Below are positions 1-8,550 of a DNA stretch of 64,000 nt, piece by piece; positions within the stretch are counted from its first letter, which is position 1; the number at the start of each line of letters is the position of its first letter. Below the pieces are notes generated by a model. It saw only the letters and a program-made list of their open reading frames with translations, had not been told where the DNA came from and ran no database searches. The DNA lies in contig JAZKXZ010000025.1 in assembly GCA_045611845.1 (NCBI GenBank), positions 190,077-254,076 of the forward strand, read 5' to 3'. The translations under genes were made by a program, and so were the position numbers. Source of the DNA: Candidatus Enterocola sp. (lineage in GTDB: Bacteria; Bacteroidota; Bacteroidia; Bacteroidales; Paludibacteraceae).

Positions 1-1058
1 AATAGGTCTTCGTCTTCTTTCTTAACACTTTTTTCTACCACTGTCATGCAGTTTTGGGTAAGAGTACCTGTTTTGTCGGTGAAAATTACGTTTACTGCGC
101 CAATGGTTTCGCAAGCGTGCATTTTCTTAACTAGGTTGTTTTCTTTTGCCATAGTTTTCATAGAAAATGCAAGTGCCATGGTTACTGAAAGTGGTAAACC
201 TTCTGGTACCGCGACAATTACAATAACTACAGCGCCCATTAGGAATTCGATTTCTGTGAGAAGAAGTTCTAGATTCCATGCAAATTCAGCACCGCCTAGC
301 CAGTGAAGTACGTTGAACATTACAAACATGCCGCCTGCTACAAAGAATGCTATATTGCTTATTTTTGAAGCTAGTTCGTCTAGTTTTTCTTCAAGTGGAG
401 TTCTGTTGCCTGTTTCTACAGATGCAAGACGTGTGGTTTTGCCGATTTCTGTTTCGTCGCCAACTTTCACAACAATGCCTTCGCCCATACCTTGTTCTAT
501 AGTGGTGCCGCGAAGTAGTAAGTTTGGAGCAAAACCAGAGCCTGTATATGGGGTGTCTATTGGATATTTTGAAACACCTACAGATTCGCCAGTCATAGCT
601 GCTTCTTGTACCTTCATATCTGTGGCTTCGTAGAGTTCTATATCGGCAGGAATTTCGTCGCCAGCAGAAAGTATAACTACGTCTCCCACAACAAGTTGGT
701 CTTTGGTAATTTCTATTACATTGCCATTGCGACGCACTTTAACCATTTCGTAGTCTTTGTCGCTTTTCATGGCATCGAATTTCTTTTTGGCGCTATATTC
801 TTGCCAAAAACCTACGCCAGTGGCTATTAAAATGGCTACAATAATGCCTATAGACTCGGTGAAGTTGCCTTCCATAATGCCAAAACCAAGTGAAATGGCA
901 GTGGCAACAAGTAGGATAACTATGATTGGGTCTTTAAATTTTTCTAAATAAAGTTGCCACCAAGGGGTCTCTTTTGGTGGTGTAAGAAGGTTTATGCCGT
1001 GTTGTTCGCGGCTTTTTAATACTTCTGCTTCGCTTAAACCTTTGTGATTAGATATCAT
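1..1058 (-). CDS. P-type cation-transporting ATPase (Ca2+/PMCA-SERCA-like), N-terminal ~352 aa; the rest runs off the window
   Basis: Open minus-strand frame from the ATG (CAT at 1056-1058) to the window edge. It is absent from the ORF track because it has no stop here. My translation begins MISNHKGLSEAEVLKSREQHGINLLTPP. It contains TGES (AAMTGESVGV), PEGLP (VAVPEGLPLSV) and the phosphorylation motif DKTGTLT (encoded near 50-85). Confidence 0.85.
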   Translation of the reverse strand, partial: MISNHKGLSEAEVLKSREQHGINLLTPPKETPWWQLYLEKFKDPIIVILLVATAISLGFGIMEGNFTESIGIIVAILIATGVGFWQEYSAKKKFDAMKSDKDYEMVKVRRNGNVIEITKDQLVVGDVVILSAGDEIPADIELYEATDMKVQEAAMTGESVGVSKYPIDTPYTGSGFAPNLLLRGTTIEQGMGEGIVVKVGDETEIGKTTRLASVETGNRTPLEEKLDELASKISNIAFFVAGGMFVMFNVLHWLGGAEFAWNLELLLTEIEFLMGAVVIVIVAVPEGLPLSVTMALAFSMKTMAKENNLVKKMHACETIGAVNVIFTDKTGTLTQNCMTVVEKSVKKEDEDL

Positions 1059-1086
1059 ATTTTTTTATTTGTTTTATAATATGGTG

Positions 1087-1094
1087 CAAAGGTA
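1087..1094 (-). promoter_or_regulatory. Bacteroidota -7 promoter box (TACCTTTG on minus strand) for the P-type ATPase
   Basis: CAAAGGTA on the plus strand is TAnnTTTG on the minus strand. It lies ~30 nt upstream of the ATG at 1058. Confidence 0.45.
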
Positions 1095-1102
1095 GGAATA
1101 AA

Positions 1103-1190
1103 TTAGGAATTTTTGTGCAAGCCGAGTGCAAATAAGTTTACTTAATTTGCCGAGGCGCCGCCAAAAATCACGAGCGAAGCGAGTAACTTG
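1103..1190. repeat. 88-nt dispersed intergenic repeat, copy 1 (partner at 30057-30144)
   Basis: TTAGGAATTTTTGTGCAAGCCGAGTGCAAATAAGTTTACTTAATTTGCCGAGG..GCCAAAAATCACGAGCGAAGCGAGTAACTTG matches 30057-30144 in the same orientation with only a handful of mismatches. A 19-nt sub-repeat TTGTGCAAGCCGAGTGCAA occurs at 1113-1131 and again at 1188-1206. Confidence 0.8.
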
Positions 1191-1209
1191 TGCAAGCCGA
1201 GTGCAACTC

Positions 1210-1353
1210 CTAACTTCTAACTCTTCGTAGCGGGCAGTCTTTGGTGCAACAAGCACATTTGTTTCTGCCTCTGAAGCTGAGGTAAACTTTTCGCCCTACG
1301 AAAATGAGAGCGAAAAGTATTATTATAGAAACTAATATCCATTGGATAATCAT
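1210..1353 (-). CDS. FeoB-associated Cys-rich small membrane protein (47 aa)
   Basis: Internal ATG of the 1210..1443 ORF gives MIIQWILVSIIILFALIFVGRKVYLSFRGRNKCACCTKDCPLRRVRS. This is one TM helix plus a Cys-rich tail. Its start overlaps the feoB stop by 4 nt (ATGA), the typical position for this family downstream of feoB. Confidence 0.7.
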   Translation of the reverse strand: MIIQWILVSIIILFALIFVGRKVYLSFRGRNKCACCTKDCPLRRVRS

Positions 1354-3758
1354 AAGAATAGGCCTCCAATTTGGTATACTGCAAATGCTAGAACCCATGC
1401 CACGCCAGTGGTGTAAAGGGCAGAGAATAGAGCCCATTTCCAACTGCCACTTTCAGATTTTATTGCCATGATGGTGGCGATACATGGGAAGCAAAGCAAG
1501 ATAAATACTAGGTATGAAAGTACGGTGGCAGGAGTGTAAAGTGGTGTACCATCTGCTCTTACTTCACTTTTCATAGCTGCTGCAAGAATGTTGCTTTCTT
1601 CTGTTTCTTCGTCGCTATCGGTGTAAAGTACGCTTAATGTGCTTACTACAAGTTCTTTAGCAGGAAGACCTGCAACAATACCGATACCCATTTTCCAGTT
1701 GTAACCTAGTGGTTCGATTGCTGGCTCAATAAATTTACCAATTCTACCAATGTAGCTTTGTTCTAGTTGCTCTGATGCTGTTACATTTTCGTCTTCTGCC
1801 ATAGGGAAGTAACCTAATGCCCAGATGATTACAGATGCAAATAGAATCAGTGTACCCATTTTCTTTAGGTATTGAACAGATTTTTCCCACATGTGGTGGA
1901 TGGCAGATTTTAGGGTTGGCACACGATATGGAGGTAGTTCCATAACGAATGGTGTTTCGTCGCCCTTTATCATAAAGCGTTTGAATATTCTGGCAGAAAT
2001 CACGGCTACAAGTATGCCTAACACGTATAGTAGAAGCATTACGCTAGATGCGTGTTCTGGGAAGAATATTTTTGAGAACAATACATAAACTGGGAGTCTG
2101 GCGGTGCAAGACATAAACGGAATTACAAGCATAGTAATAAGTCTGCTGTGCTTGGTCTCTAGTGTTCTGGTTGCCATAATGGCAGGAACGTTGCAACCAA
2201 ATCCCATTAGCATTGGCACGAAAGATTTTCCGTGAAGTCCCATTTTATGCATAATTTTATCCATAATGAATGCAGCTCGAGATAGATAACCTGAGTCTTC
2301 CATTAGTGAGATAAAGAAGTATAAAATAAGGATGTTTGGAAGGAAAACTAGTACTCCGCCTACACCGCTAATGATACCGTTTAGAAGTAGGTCGGTGAAT
2401 GGACCGGCTGGCAATACGCCTGCTAAGTATTCGTTTAGCATACCTACGCCTGCGTCTAACCAATCTTGTGGATATGCGCCAAGCACAAATGTGCATTCAA
2501 ACATAAGCCACATAAATAGGATGAAGATAGGGTAACCAAGGAATTTGTTGGTTACAATAGGATCTAAAATATTGGTTAGTCCTGTGTTTTTTCTCTTTGG
2601 CTCTGTGTAGGTTTCGTTTAACGCTCCGCTAATGAAACCATATTTTGCATTGATGATGGCAGACTCGCAGTCTTCGTCTAGTTCTGCTTCGATATGAGGA
2701 ACGGTTTTTTCCTTGTATGCTAAAATTTCGTCTGCGTTGCTAAGTGTTTTTACAAAATCTTCTGCGCCTTTGTCGTTTTCAAGTAGTTTTACGGCAAAGA
2801 AACGGCTAGAGAAGTGGTTTTGGTAGTTGTCAGACTTCTTTATTAGCTTATTTATGTGATTTATAGCTATTTGAAGGTCGCCACCGTGGTTGATGTGAAT
2901 GTGTTTTGTGGTAGCGTTTTTGCCTTCGTATGTGCTAATAACTGCGTCGAAAAGTTCGGAAATGCCACTGTTTTCTGTAAATCCATCTTTTGCCTGAGTA
3001 GGAATGATGGAAATACCAAGCATATTTGAAAGTTCTTTATAGTTTAGTTTTGCACCGCTTTTTTCTAGTTCGTCGTACATATTAAGTGCAATAACCATAG
3101 GAATGTCCATATCTATGAGTTGTGTGGTAAGATATAGGTTTCTTTCTAGGTTTGAGGCAGATACCACATTAATAATAAGGTCTGGGTCTTGCTCCATAAT
3201 ATGCTTACGCACAAAGACCTCCTCTGGAGAATATGCGGTAAGTGAGTATGTGCCAGGAAGGTCGAAAATATTTAGGTGATAACCTTTATAGTCGATATTT
3301 CCTTCTTTTGCATCTACGGTTACGCCAGTGTAGTTGCCCACGTGCTCGTGTTTGCCAGAGGCAATGTTGAAAAGAGAGGTTTTACCTGCGTTTGGATTTC
3401 CTACTAGGGCAATGTTGATAGTGTTACCTTTCTTTTTGGCAATAGAGATTGGGTCGTATTCGATAGTGCCATAATTGTCTGATTTTATGGCAGTTTCTTT
3501 TTCGTTTATGCTAACTACTTCTATAAATTCGGCTTCGTTTCTTCTAAGTGAAACCTCGTAGTCCATAATTTTGTATTTAATAGGATCTTTGAGCGGAGCG
3601 CCGATAAGAACTTCCACTTTTTGTCCTCTAACGAACCCCATTTCGATGATTCGTCTTCTAAATTTGCCTGTGCCGTGTACTTTTGCAATGATGGCACTTT
3701 CGCCCATTTTAATTTCTGATAAATTCATGTTTTTATCATTTTTATAGTTAAAAACCAA
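1350..3758 (-). CDS. feoB: Ferrous iron transporter FeoB with N-terminal FeoA domain (FeoA-FeoB fusion)
   Basis: 802-aa ORF. The FeoA-like N-terminus is LSEIKMGESAIIAKVHG...RRRIIEMGFVRGQKVEV. The G-domain has GNPNAGKTSLFN and DLPGTYSL, followed by a long polytopic membrane domain. A more likely start is MNLSEIK at 3728, which avoids overlap with the upstream gene. Confidence 0.95.
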   Translation of the reverse strand: MVFNYKNDKNMNLSEIKMGESAIIAKVHGTGKFRRRIIEMGFVRGQKVEVLIGAPLKDPIKYKIMDYEVSLRRNEAEFIEVVSINEKETAIKSDNYGTIEYDPISIAKKKGNTINIALVGNPNAGKTSLFNIASGKHEHVGNYTGVTVDAKEGNIDYKGYHLNIFDLPGTYSLTAYSPEEVFVRKHIMEQDPDLIINVVSASNLERNLYLTTQLIDMDIPMVIALNMYDELEKSGAKLNYKELSNMLGISIIPTQAKDGFTENSGISELFDAVISTYEGKNATTKHIHINHGGDLQIAINHINKLIKKSDNYQNHFSSRFFAVKLLENDKGAEDFVKTLSNADEILAYKEKTVPHIEAELDEDCESAIINAKYGFISGALNETYTEPKRKNTGLTNILDPIVTNKFLGYPIFILFMWLMFECTFVLGAYPQDWLDAGVGMLNEYLAGVLPAGPFTDLLLNGIISGVGGVLVFLPNILILYFFISLMEDSGYLSRAAFIMDKIMHKMGLHGKSFVPMLMGFGCNVPAIMATRTLETKHSRLITMLVIPFMSCTARLPVYVLFSKIFFPEHASSVMLLLYVLGILVAVISARIFKRFMIKGDETPFVMELPPYRVPTLKSAIHHMWEKSVQYLKKMGTLILFASVIIWALGYFPMAEDENVTASEQLEQSYIGRIGKFIEPAIEPLGYNWKMGIGIVAGLPAKELVVSTLSVLYTDSDEETEESNILAAAMKSEVRADGTPLYTPATVLSYLVFILLCFPCIATIMAIKSESGSWKWALFSALYTTGVAWVLAFAVYQIGGLFL

Positions 3759-4434
3759 TGGTGTAACCTATACCTATTAGGTGTGCGTACGAATCTATTG
3801 TGTGTGCAAATTCGTAATAGATTCCAAGTGTGTTATAATCGTCGATAGACCAATCTAGTCCTGCTCTGTAACAAATTTCGTCGTACCAACTTGATGGTTG
3901 GTTGTTTTCTGCTTCGACAGGCTCAGCGACCTGACGCTGTAGCGGGTTTGTCATTTCTGCGTAAATATAGGCAGAAAGTGGTGCCACAGGAATGGTGTAT
4001 GCGAGTTCTAGTTTTGATACTAGTTGCCAGCTGTATGCCTTGTCTGCTGTGGCGTATGTCATTTGCGCTGTTTCTTGCAGAGAAAGTGAAAAGTCTCCTA
4101 ACTCTACTTGTGGTATGGCAGAAAGTTTTGCGCAGTGCTCCATTACTTCTGCGTTTGAATAAAGGAATTCGTATCCTGCTTCTATCGCAATATTTGGATG
4201 TGGTGTGTAGGTGGCTGCAAATACTGTTTTACAACCATCAAACAAGCCATTTTCTGGAGCTAGAAAGTTTGCAAATGAAATTTCTTCGCCTAGCGATAGT
4301 GTAACTTCGTCTATAGGAGAATATTCTGCATAAACGTCTATCTGACCGCCAAGATTAGTCTCTTTTTCTCCACTTGCAAAGATAGATAAAATAGGAATAG
4401 TAATAAGTGTTAATGTAAAGAATATTTTTCTCAT
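3748..4434 (-). CDS. Signal-peptide protein, probable outer-membrane beta-barrel, first gene of the feoAB operon
   Basis: N-terminal signal peptide MRKIFFTLTLITIPILSIFASG. The sequence has alternating aromatic/hydrophilic beta-strand-like pattern and a C-terminal ...GIGYTIGF with terminal Phe. It is on the same strand as feoAB and directly upstream of it. Confidence 0.6.
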   Translation of the reverse strand: MRKIFFTLTLITIPILSIFASGEKETNLGGQIDVYAEYSPIDEVTLSLGEEISFANFLAPENGLFDGCKTVFAATYTPHPNIAIEAGYEFLYSNAEVMEHCAKLSAIPQVELGDFSLSLQETAQMTYATADKAYSWQLVSKLELAYTIPVAPLSAYIYAEMTNPLQRQVAEPVEAENNQPSSWYDEICYRAGLDWSIDDYNTLGIYYEFAHTIDSYAHLIGIGYTIGF

Positions 4435-4484
4435 AAATGTTAAGGTTTAATTTGTACTGATTTTTGCATTTTTGTTTTGCACTG

Positions 4485-4492
4485 CAAAGGTA
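4485..4492 (-). promoter_or_regulatory. -7 promoter box (TACCTTTG) of the OMP-feoAB operon
   Basis: CAAAGGTA on the plus strand, ~50 nt upstream of the ATG at 4434. The same ACTGCAAAGGTA context occurs at 5601-5612. Confidence 0.5.
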
Positions 4493-4539
4493 CTTTAAAC
4501 TCAACCTATGAGTCAATCCCAATTTTTTAGGTTTTTGTA

Positions 4540-4555
4540 TCCCTATTTTTAGGGA
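4540..4555. promoter_or_regulatory. Operator-like palindrome TCCCTA-N4-TAGGGA upstream of the OMP-feoAB promoter
   Basis: TCCCTATTTTTAGGGA is a perfect 6+6 inverted repeat. Related half-site strings GTCAATCCC(A/T)ATTTTT(T)AG occur at 4512-4531 and at 5631-5648, the latter upstream of the regulator gene. Confidence 0.35.
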
Positions 4556-4574
4556 TATATATAATAAGGTGTAG

Positions 4575-5558
4575 TTAGTTTGTGAAGTCCGACATTTCTA
4601 TAATGCCGTTTTGGATAGCATAAATAGTGAGACCAGCAAGAGATTTGATGCTAGTTTTAGATGTGATGTTTTTTCTGTGAGAAATCACTGTATGTGTGCT
4701 AATGTTTAGTTTGTCTGCCACTTCTTTGTTTGAGTATCCTGCAAGTAAAAGTCGTAGCACGTCTATTTCTCTTTCTGTAAGTTCTATGTTTGGGTTTTCT
4801 GCTATTTGTACTGCAGGAGCAGATGTAGAAATGATATTTGGTGTTTTGCCCTCAAATTTTTCCACAAGTGGAATAAGCACTGTGTCTTCTATTAATGTGT
4901 GGATTTTTAAGTCGTGTTCTAGGTCGAAAAGGCAGTTTAGCAGTTTGCGACGCAGATTGTTATTATCCTCAAATGGCAGATATTTAATAATAAGTCCCTT
5001 GATATCAGCAAGTTTGTCGTCGATATTGTCGTGATGATGTTTGTAGTCGATTACACTATAGTCGGCTAGTGAGGCAGAGCTTGCAGTGAAAGTAGGGGCT
5101 GAGTTATTTTGGTTTGCTAGTGAAATCATATATGGAAACACAATGTCGTTTTCGTAGGCAAAGTGTTTTTTGATTTCATCGATATAGTTTTGAACAAAGT
5201 CTTCTAATAGTTTAATACCTGCGCAATTTGTTTCTTGAGAAATTTGCGTAACGTACTTAATTATTTTGTTTGCACGTTCGTTTAGGTAGTAATTGTGACA
5301 GTTTTGAAGGTATTTAACTACACATTTTATGTCATCTAGGTTGAAATCTGGTATTGTTTTCACAGATTTGTTGGCAAATAGGGTGGCAAAGTGAAGATAA
5401 AGTGTAGGATTGATATTATTTTCCCTACAAATGTCTTCTACAGTTTTTTCTTTTACTATAAAAGGCACTCCTAAATGCTCTAGAAGCAATACTTGCTTGA
5501 AGTCTCGCTCTATAATATCTGCTATTTTATCTGTGTTTTTAAATGACATGCCTAGCAA
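4575..5558 (-). CDS. LuxR-family (GerE-type HTH) transcriptional regulator with N-terminal hemerythrin/RIC-like domain
   Basis: C-terminus ELTEREIDVLRLLLAGYSNKEVADKLNISTHTVISHRKNITSKT is a LuxR/GerE HTH. The N-terminal ~250 aa carry His/Glu-rich helices (KKHFAYENDIVFPYM, YKHHHDNIDDKL, LEHDLKIHTLIEDTVLIPLV). These resemble HHE/hemerythrin-like di-iron domains. Confidence 0.8.
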   Translation of the reverse strand: MLGMSFKNTDKIADIIERDFKQVLLLEHLGVPFIVKEKTVEDICRENNINPTLYLHFATLFANKSVKTIPDFNLDDIKCVVKYLQNCHNYYLNERANKIIKYVTQISQETNCAGIKLLEDFVQNYIDEIKKHFAYENDIVFPYMISLANQNNSAPTFTASSASLADYSVIDYKHHHDNIDDKLADIKGLIIKYLPFEDNNNLRRKLLNCLFDLEHDLKIHTLIEDTVLIPLVEKFEGKTPNIISTSAPAVQIAENPNIELTEREIDVLRLLLAGYSNKEVADKLNISTHTVISHRKNITSKTSIKSLAGLTIYAIQNGIIEMSDFTN

Positions 5559-5604
5559 AAGTACAAAAAAATATTATAATAATGTGTATTTTTTCATTTT
5601 ACTG

Positions 5605-5612
5605 CAAAGGTA
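5605..5612 (-). promoter_or_regulatory. -7 promoter box (TACCTTTG) of the hemerythrin-LuxR regulator gene
   Basis: CAAAGGTA on the plus strand, ~47 nt upstream of the ATG at 5558. The GTCAATCCCTATTTTTAG motif follows 18 nt further upstream. Confidence 0.5.
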
Positions 5613-5812
5613 GGTGGCTTTATTTTATGTGTCAATCCCTATTTTTAGTGAAAATGTCAGAGACAAAATTGTCAAAAAATAAAGTTGGCACGAAATTTGT
5701 AGTAATATTAGTGAGCGTCGAACAGATTTGACGAATAACGGACACTGCACGCAATGTCCATACACAATGAAAAATTTAAAATAGAATAATAACAAATTAA
5801 AATATTACAATT

Positions 5813-7732
5813 ATGGGAAAAATTATTGGTATTGACTTAGGAACAACAAACTCTTGTGTTTCTGTAATGGAAGGTAACGAACCTATCGTTATCACAAATG
5901 CTGAAGGTAAACGTACAACTCCTTCTATCGTGGCATTTATCGATGGTGGCGAACGTAAAGTAGGTGATCCTGCAAAACGTCAAGCTATCACAAACCCTAA
6001 AAAAACTATTTTCTCTATTAAACGTTTCATGGGTGAATCTTTTGACAATGTTTCTAAAGAAATCTCACGCATTCCTTACGTAGTAGAAAAAGGTGACAAT
6101 AACACTCCACGTGTAAACATCGACGGCCGTCAATATACACCACAAGAAATCTCTGCAATGGTGCTTCAAAAAATGAAAAAAACTGCAGAAGATTACTTAG
6201 GTTCTGAAGTAACAGAAGCTGTTATCACAGTGCCTGCATACTTCAACGATGCTCAACGTCAAGCAACTAAAGAAGCTGGTGAAATTGCAGGTCTTAATGT
6301 AAAACGTATCGTAAACGAACCAACTGCAGCTGCTCTTGCATACGGTCTTGACAAAACTGAAAAAGATATGAAAATCGCTGTATTCGACTTAGGTGGTGGT
6401 ACATTCGATATTTCTATCCTTGAACTAGGCGACGGTGTATTTGAAGTGAAATCTACCAATGGTGATACACACTTAGGTGGTGACGACTTCGACCACGTAA
6501 TCATCGACTGGTTGGCTGAAGAATTCAAAGCAGAAGAAGGTATTGATTTACGTGAAGACCCAATGGCTCTTCAACGTTTGAAAGAAGCTGCTGAAAAAGC
6601 TAAAATCGAGCTTTCTAGCACAACTTCTTCAGAAATCAACTTACCATATATTATGCCAGTAAACGGTGTGCCTAAACACTTAGTTAAAACTCTTACTCGT
6701 GCAAAATTTGAACAACTTGCAGACCGCTTAATCCAAGCTACAGTTGAACCTTGCCGTAAAGCAATGAGCGACGCTGGTCTTTCAAATTCAGAAATCGACG
6801 AAGTTATCCTAGTAGGTGGTTCTTCTCGTATTCCTGCTGTTCAAGCAATGGTAGAAAAAATCTTTGGTAAAGCTCCTTCAAAAGGTGTTAACCCAGACGA
6901 AGTTGTGGCAATCGGTGCTGCTATCCAAGGTGGTGTGTTAACAGGTGAAGTAAAAGACGTATTGTTACTAGACGTAACTCCACTTTCACTTGGTATCGAA
7001 ACAATGGGTGGTGTGATGACAAAATTAATCGACGCAAACACTACTATCCCAACTCGTAAATCTGAAGTGTTCTCTACTGCTAGCGACAACCAACCTTCTG
7101 TACAAATCAACGTGCTTCAAGGTGAACGTCCAATGGCTCGCGACAATAAACAAATTGGTATGTTCCACTTAGACGGTATTCCTGCTGCTCCACGTGGTGT
7201 GCCTCAAATTGAAGTAACATTCGACATCGACGCTAATGGTATCTTAAACGTATCTGCTAAGGATAAAGCTACTGGTAAAGAACAAAAAATCCGTATCGAA
7301 GCTTCTTCTGGCTTAAGCGACGAAGAAATTAAACGCATGAAAGCAGAAGCAGAAGCTAACGCAGAAGCAGATAAAAAAGAAAAAGAACGTATCGACAAAC
7401 TAAACCAAGCTGACGGTATGATTTTCCAAACAGAAAAACAACTTAAAGAACTTGGTGATAAGATACCTGCAGATAAAAAAGCTCCTATCGAAGCTGCTCT
7501 AGGTAAACTTAAAGAGGCTCACAAATCTCAAAACTTAGATGCTATCGATGCAGCAATGAAAGAGCTAAACGACGCATTCCACGCTGCTAGCCAAGATATG
7601 TACAATGCTGCTAATGCACAAGGTGGTGCTCAGGCAGACCCTAACTGCGGTGCTGGTGGTTGCGGCGCTCAAGGCGGTTCTCAAAACGCAGGCGACAACG
7701 TTCAAGACGCAGATTTTGAAGAGGTAAAATAA
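5813..7732 (+). CDS. dnaK: Molecular chaperone DnaK (Hsp70)
   Basis: 639 aa. Diagnostic strings are [35 protein letters not shown] and the C-terminal ...DADFEEVK. Confidence 0.98.
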   Translation: MGKIIGIDLGTTNSCVSVMEGNEPIVITNAEGKRTTPSIVAFIDGGERKVGDPAKRQAITNPKKTIFSIKRFMGESFDNVSKEISRIPYVVEKGDNNTPRVNIDGRQYTPQEISAMVLQKMKKTAEDYLGSEVTEAVITVPAYFNDAQRQATKEAGEIAGLNVKRIVNEPTAAALAYGLDKTEKDMKIAVFDLGGGTFDISILELGDGVFEVKSTNGDTHLGGDDFDHVIIDWLAEEFKAEEGIDLREDPMALQRLKEAAEKAKIELSSTTSSEINLPYIMPVNGVPKHLVKTLTRAKFEQLADRLIQATVEPCRKAMSDAGLSNSEIDEVILVGGSSRIPAVQAMVEKIFGKAPSKGVNPDEVVAIGAAIQGGVLTGEVKDVLLLDVTPLSLGIETMGGVMTKLIDANTTIPTRKSEVFSTASDNQPSVQINVLQGERPMARDNKQIGMFHLDGIPAAPRGVPQIEVTFDIDANGILNVSAKDKATGKEQKIRIEASSGLSDEEIKRMKAEAEANAEADKKEKERIDKLNQADGMIFQTEKQLKELGDKIPADKKAPIEAALGKLKEAHKSQNLDAIDAAMKELNDAFHAASQDMYNAANAQGGAQADPNCGAGGCGAQGGSQNAGDNVQDADFEEVK

Positions 7733-7826
7733 GACCGCGTAGCATAGCGGAGCGCAAATAACATTATGTGCAGCGGAACGCAAATAACAAAAACCACGGT
7801 TAATAAATAGAATATAACCTAAAACG

Positions 7827-7866
7827 AAAGAGAGTGTAACTTTATGGTTGCACGCTCTTTTTATTT
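7827..7866 (+). terminator. Probable intrinsic terminator after dnaK
   Basis: AAAGAGAGTGTAAC (7827-7840) pairs with GTTGCACGCTCTTT (7847-7860) with one mismatch and one G-U pair. A T-rich run TTATTTTG follows. Confidence 0.55.
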
Positions 7867-7928
7867 TGTGGGGTAGAGCAGAGTTAAAAATAATTTATGT
7901 ATATTTGCACTTGTAGAAGATAAATATT

Positions 7929-8324
7929 ATGCTAAATGTAACAACTAAAATAGATAAAGAGGCAGCTATCGAAGAGGTTAGAGTATTAATGCAAGCGGTA
8001 GCTGATATTCGTGCATATTTTGGTTTTACTAGACAAACTTTTGCTTTGCTTTGCGATGTGCCTGTGCATTCGTATAGAGTGCTTGAACGTCATGGTAAAG
8101 GTGATTTGGTAACATTTCATAAGGTGTTTACTGTTTTAGCTAAAAAACTTTCTATAGATGTGAATTACTTACTAAGTAATCAATCGTATCCTCCTTATTT
8201 GTTTAAAAAAGAACATCTCGAAATAAAGGAACACCTACATAAAGAGATGGAACTTTCTCTTCAAACTTCTTCTGAGGAAAAGACTCAACTAGACAATCTT
8301 CTAAGAAACGATGTCATTTTTTAA
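7929..8324 (+). CDS. Small HTH (XRE-like) domain protein
   Basis: FGFTRQTFALLCDVPVHSYRVLERHGKGDLVTFHKVFTVLAKKLSIDVNYLL reads like a Cro/C1-type helix-turn-helix. A TATATTTG -7 box lies at 7900-7907. Confidence 0.5.
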   Translation: MLNVTTKIDKEAAIEEVRVLMQAVADIRAYFGFTRQTFALLCDVPVHSYRVLERHGKGDLVTFHKVFTVLAKKLSIDVNYLLSNQSYPPYLFKKEHLEIKEHLHKEMELSLQTSSEEKTQLDNLLRNDVIF

Positions 8325-8517
8325 TGACTAATCTTTATTTTTTACTCTTCTTAATTCAGGTGTGTTGTGTTAATATATATTAATAAAAGTTAACATTTAA
8401 AACGCTAACTTTTGTAAAGTACTTATAATCAATGATAAAACTTTGTTGTAAGATTTGTATTACGATATTTTATATTAACATAACAATATAGTATGTTGGT
8501 ATTTTGGAAAATTGTAG

Positions 8518-8525
8518 TATCTTTG
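8518..8525 (+). promoter_or_regulatory. -7 promoter box TATCTTTG for the 8551 gene
   Basis: Exact TAnnTTTG match 26 nt upstream of the ATG at 8551. Confidence 0.45.
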
Positions 8526-8550
8526 CAAAGTAATTTACAATAATAGCCTT

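Noticed and set aside
3911-3927. A 17-nt exact match GCTTCGACAGGCTCAGC lies inside the OMP gene. Its reverse complement lies in the metF downstream spacer (29607-29623), and a related CACTGAGCTTGTCGAAGTG lies at 34146-34163.
   Set aside because: It may be a fragment of a dispersed short repeat family. However, a single 17-mer coincidence in 64 kb on both strands is not far from chance expectation, and one copy is coding. This is not enough to call an element without genome-wide counts.
7746-7789. Two 18-nt direct repeats AGCGGA(G/A)CGCAAATAACA, 26 nt apart, just after the dnaK stop.
   Set aside because: They are real but small. They lie in the 3' UTR before the terminator and I cannot attach a function. 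I note them only as possible repeat debris.
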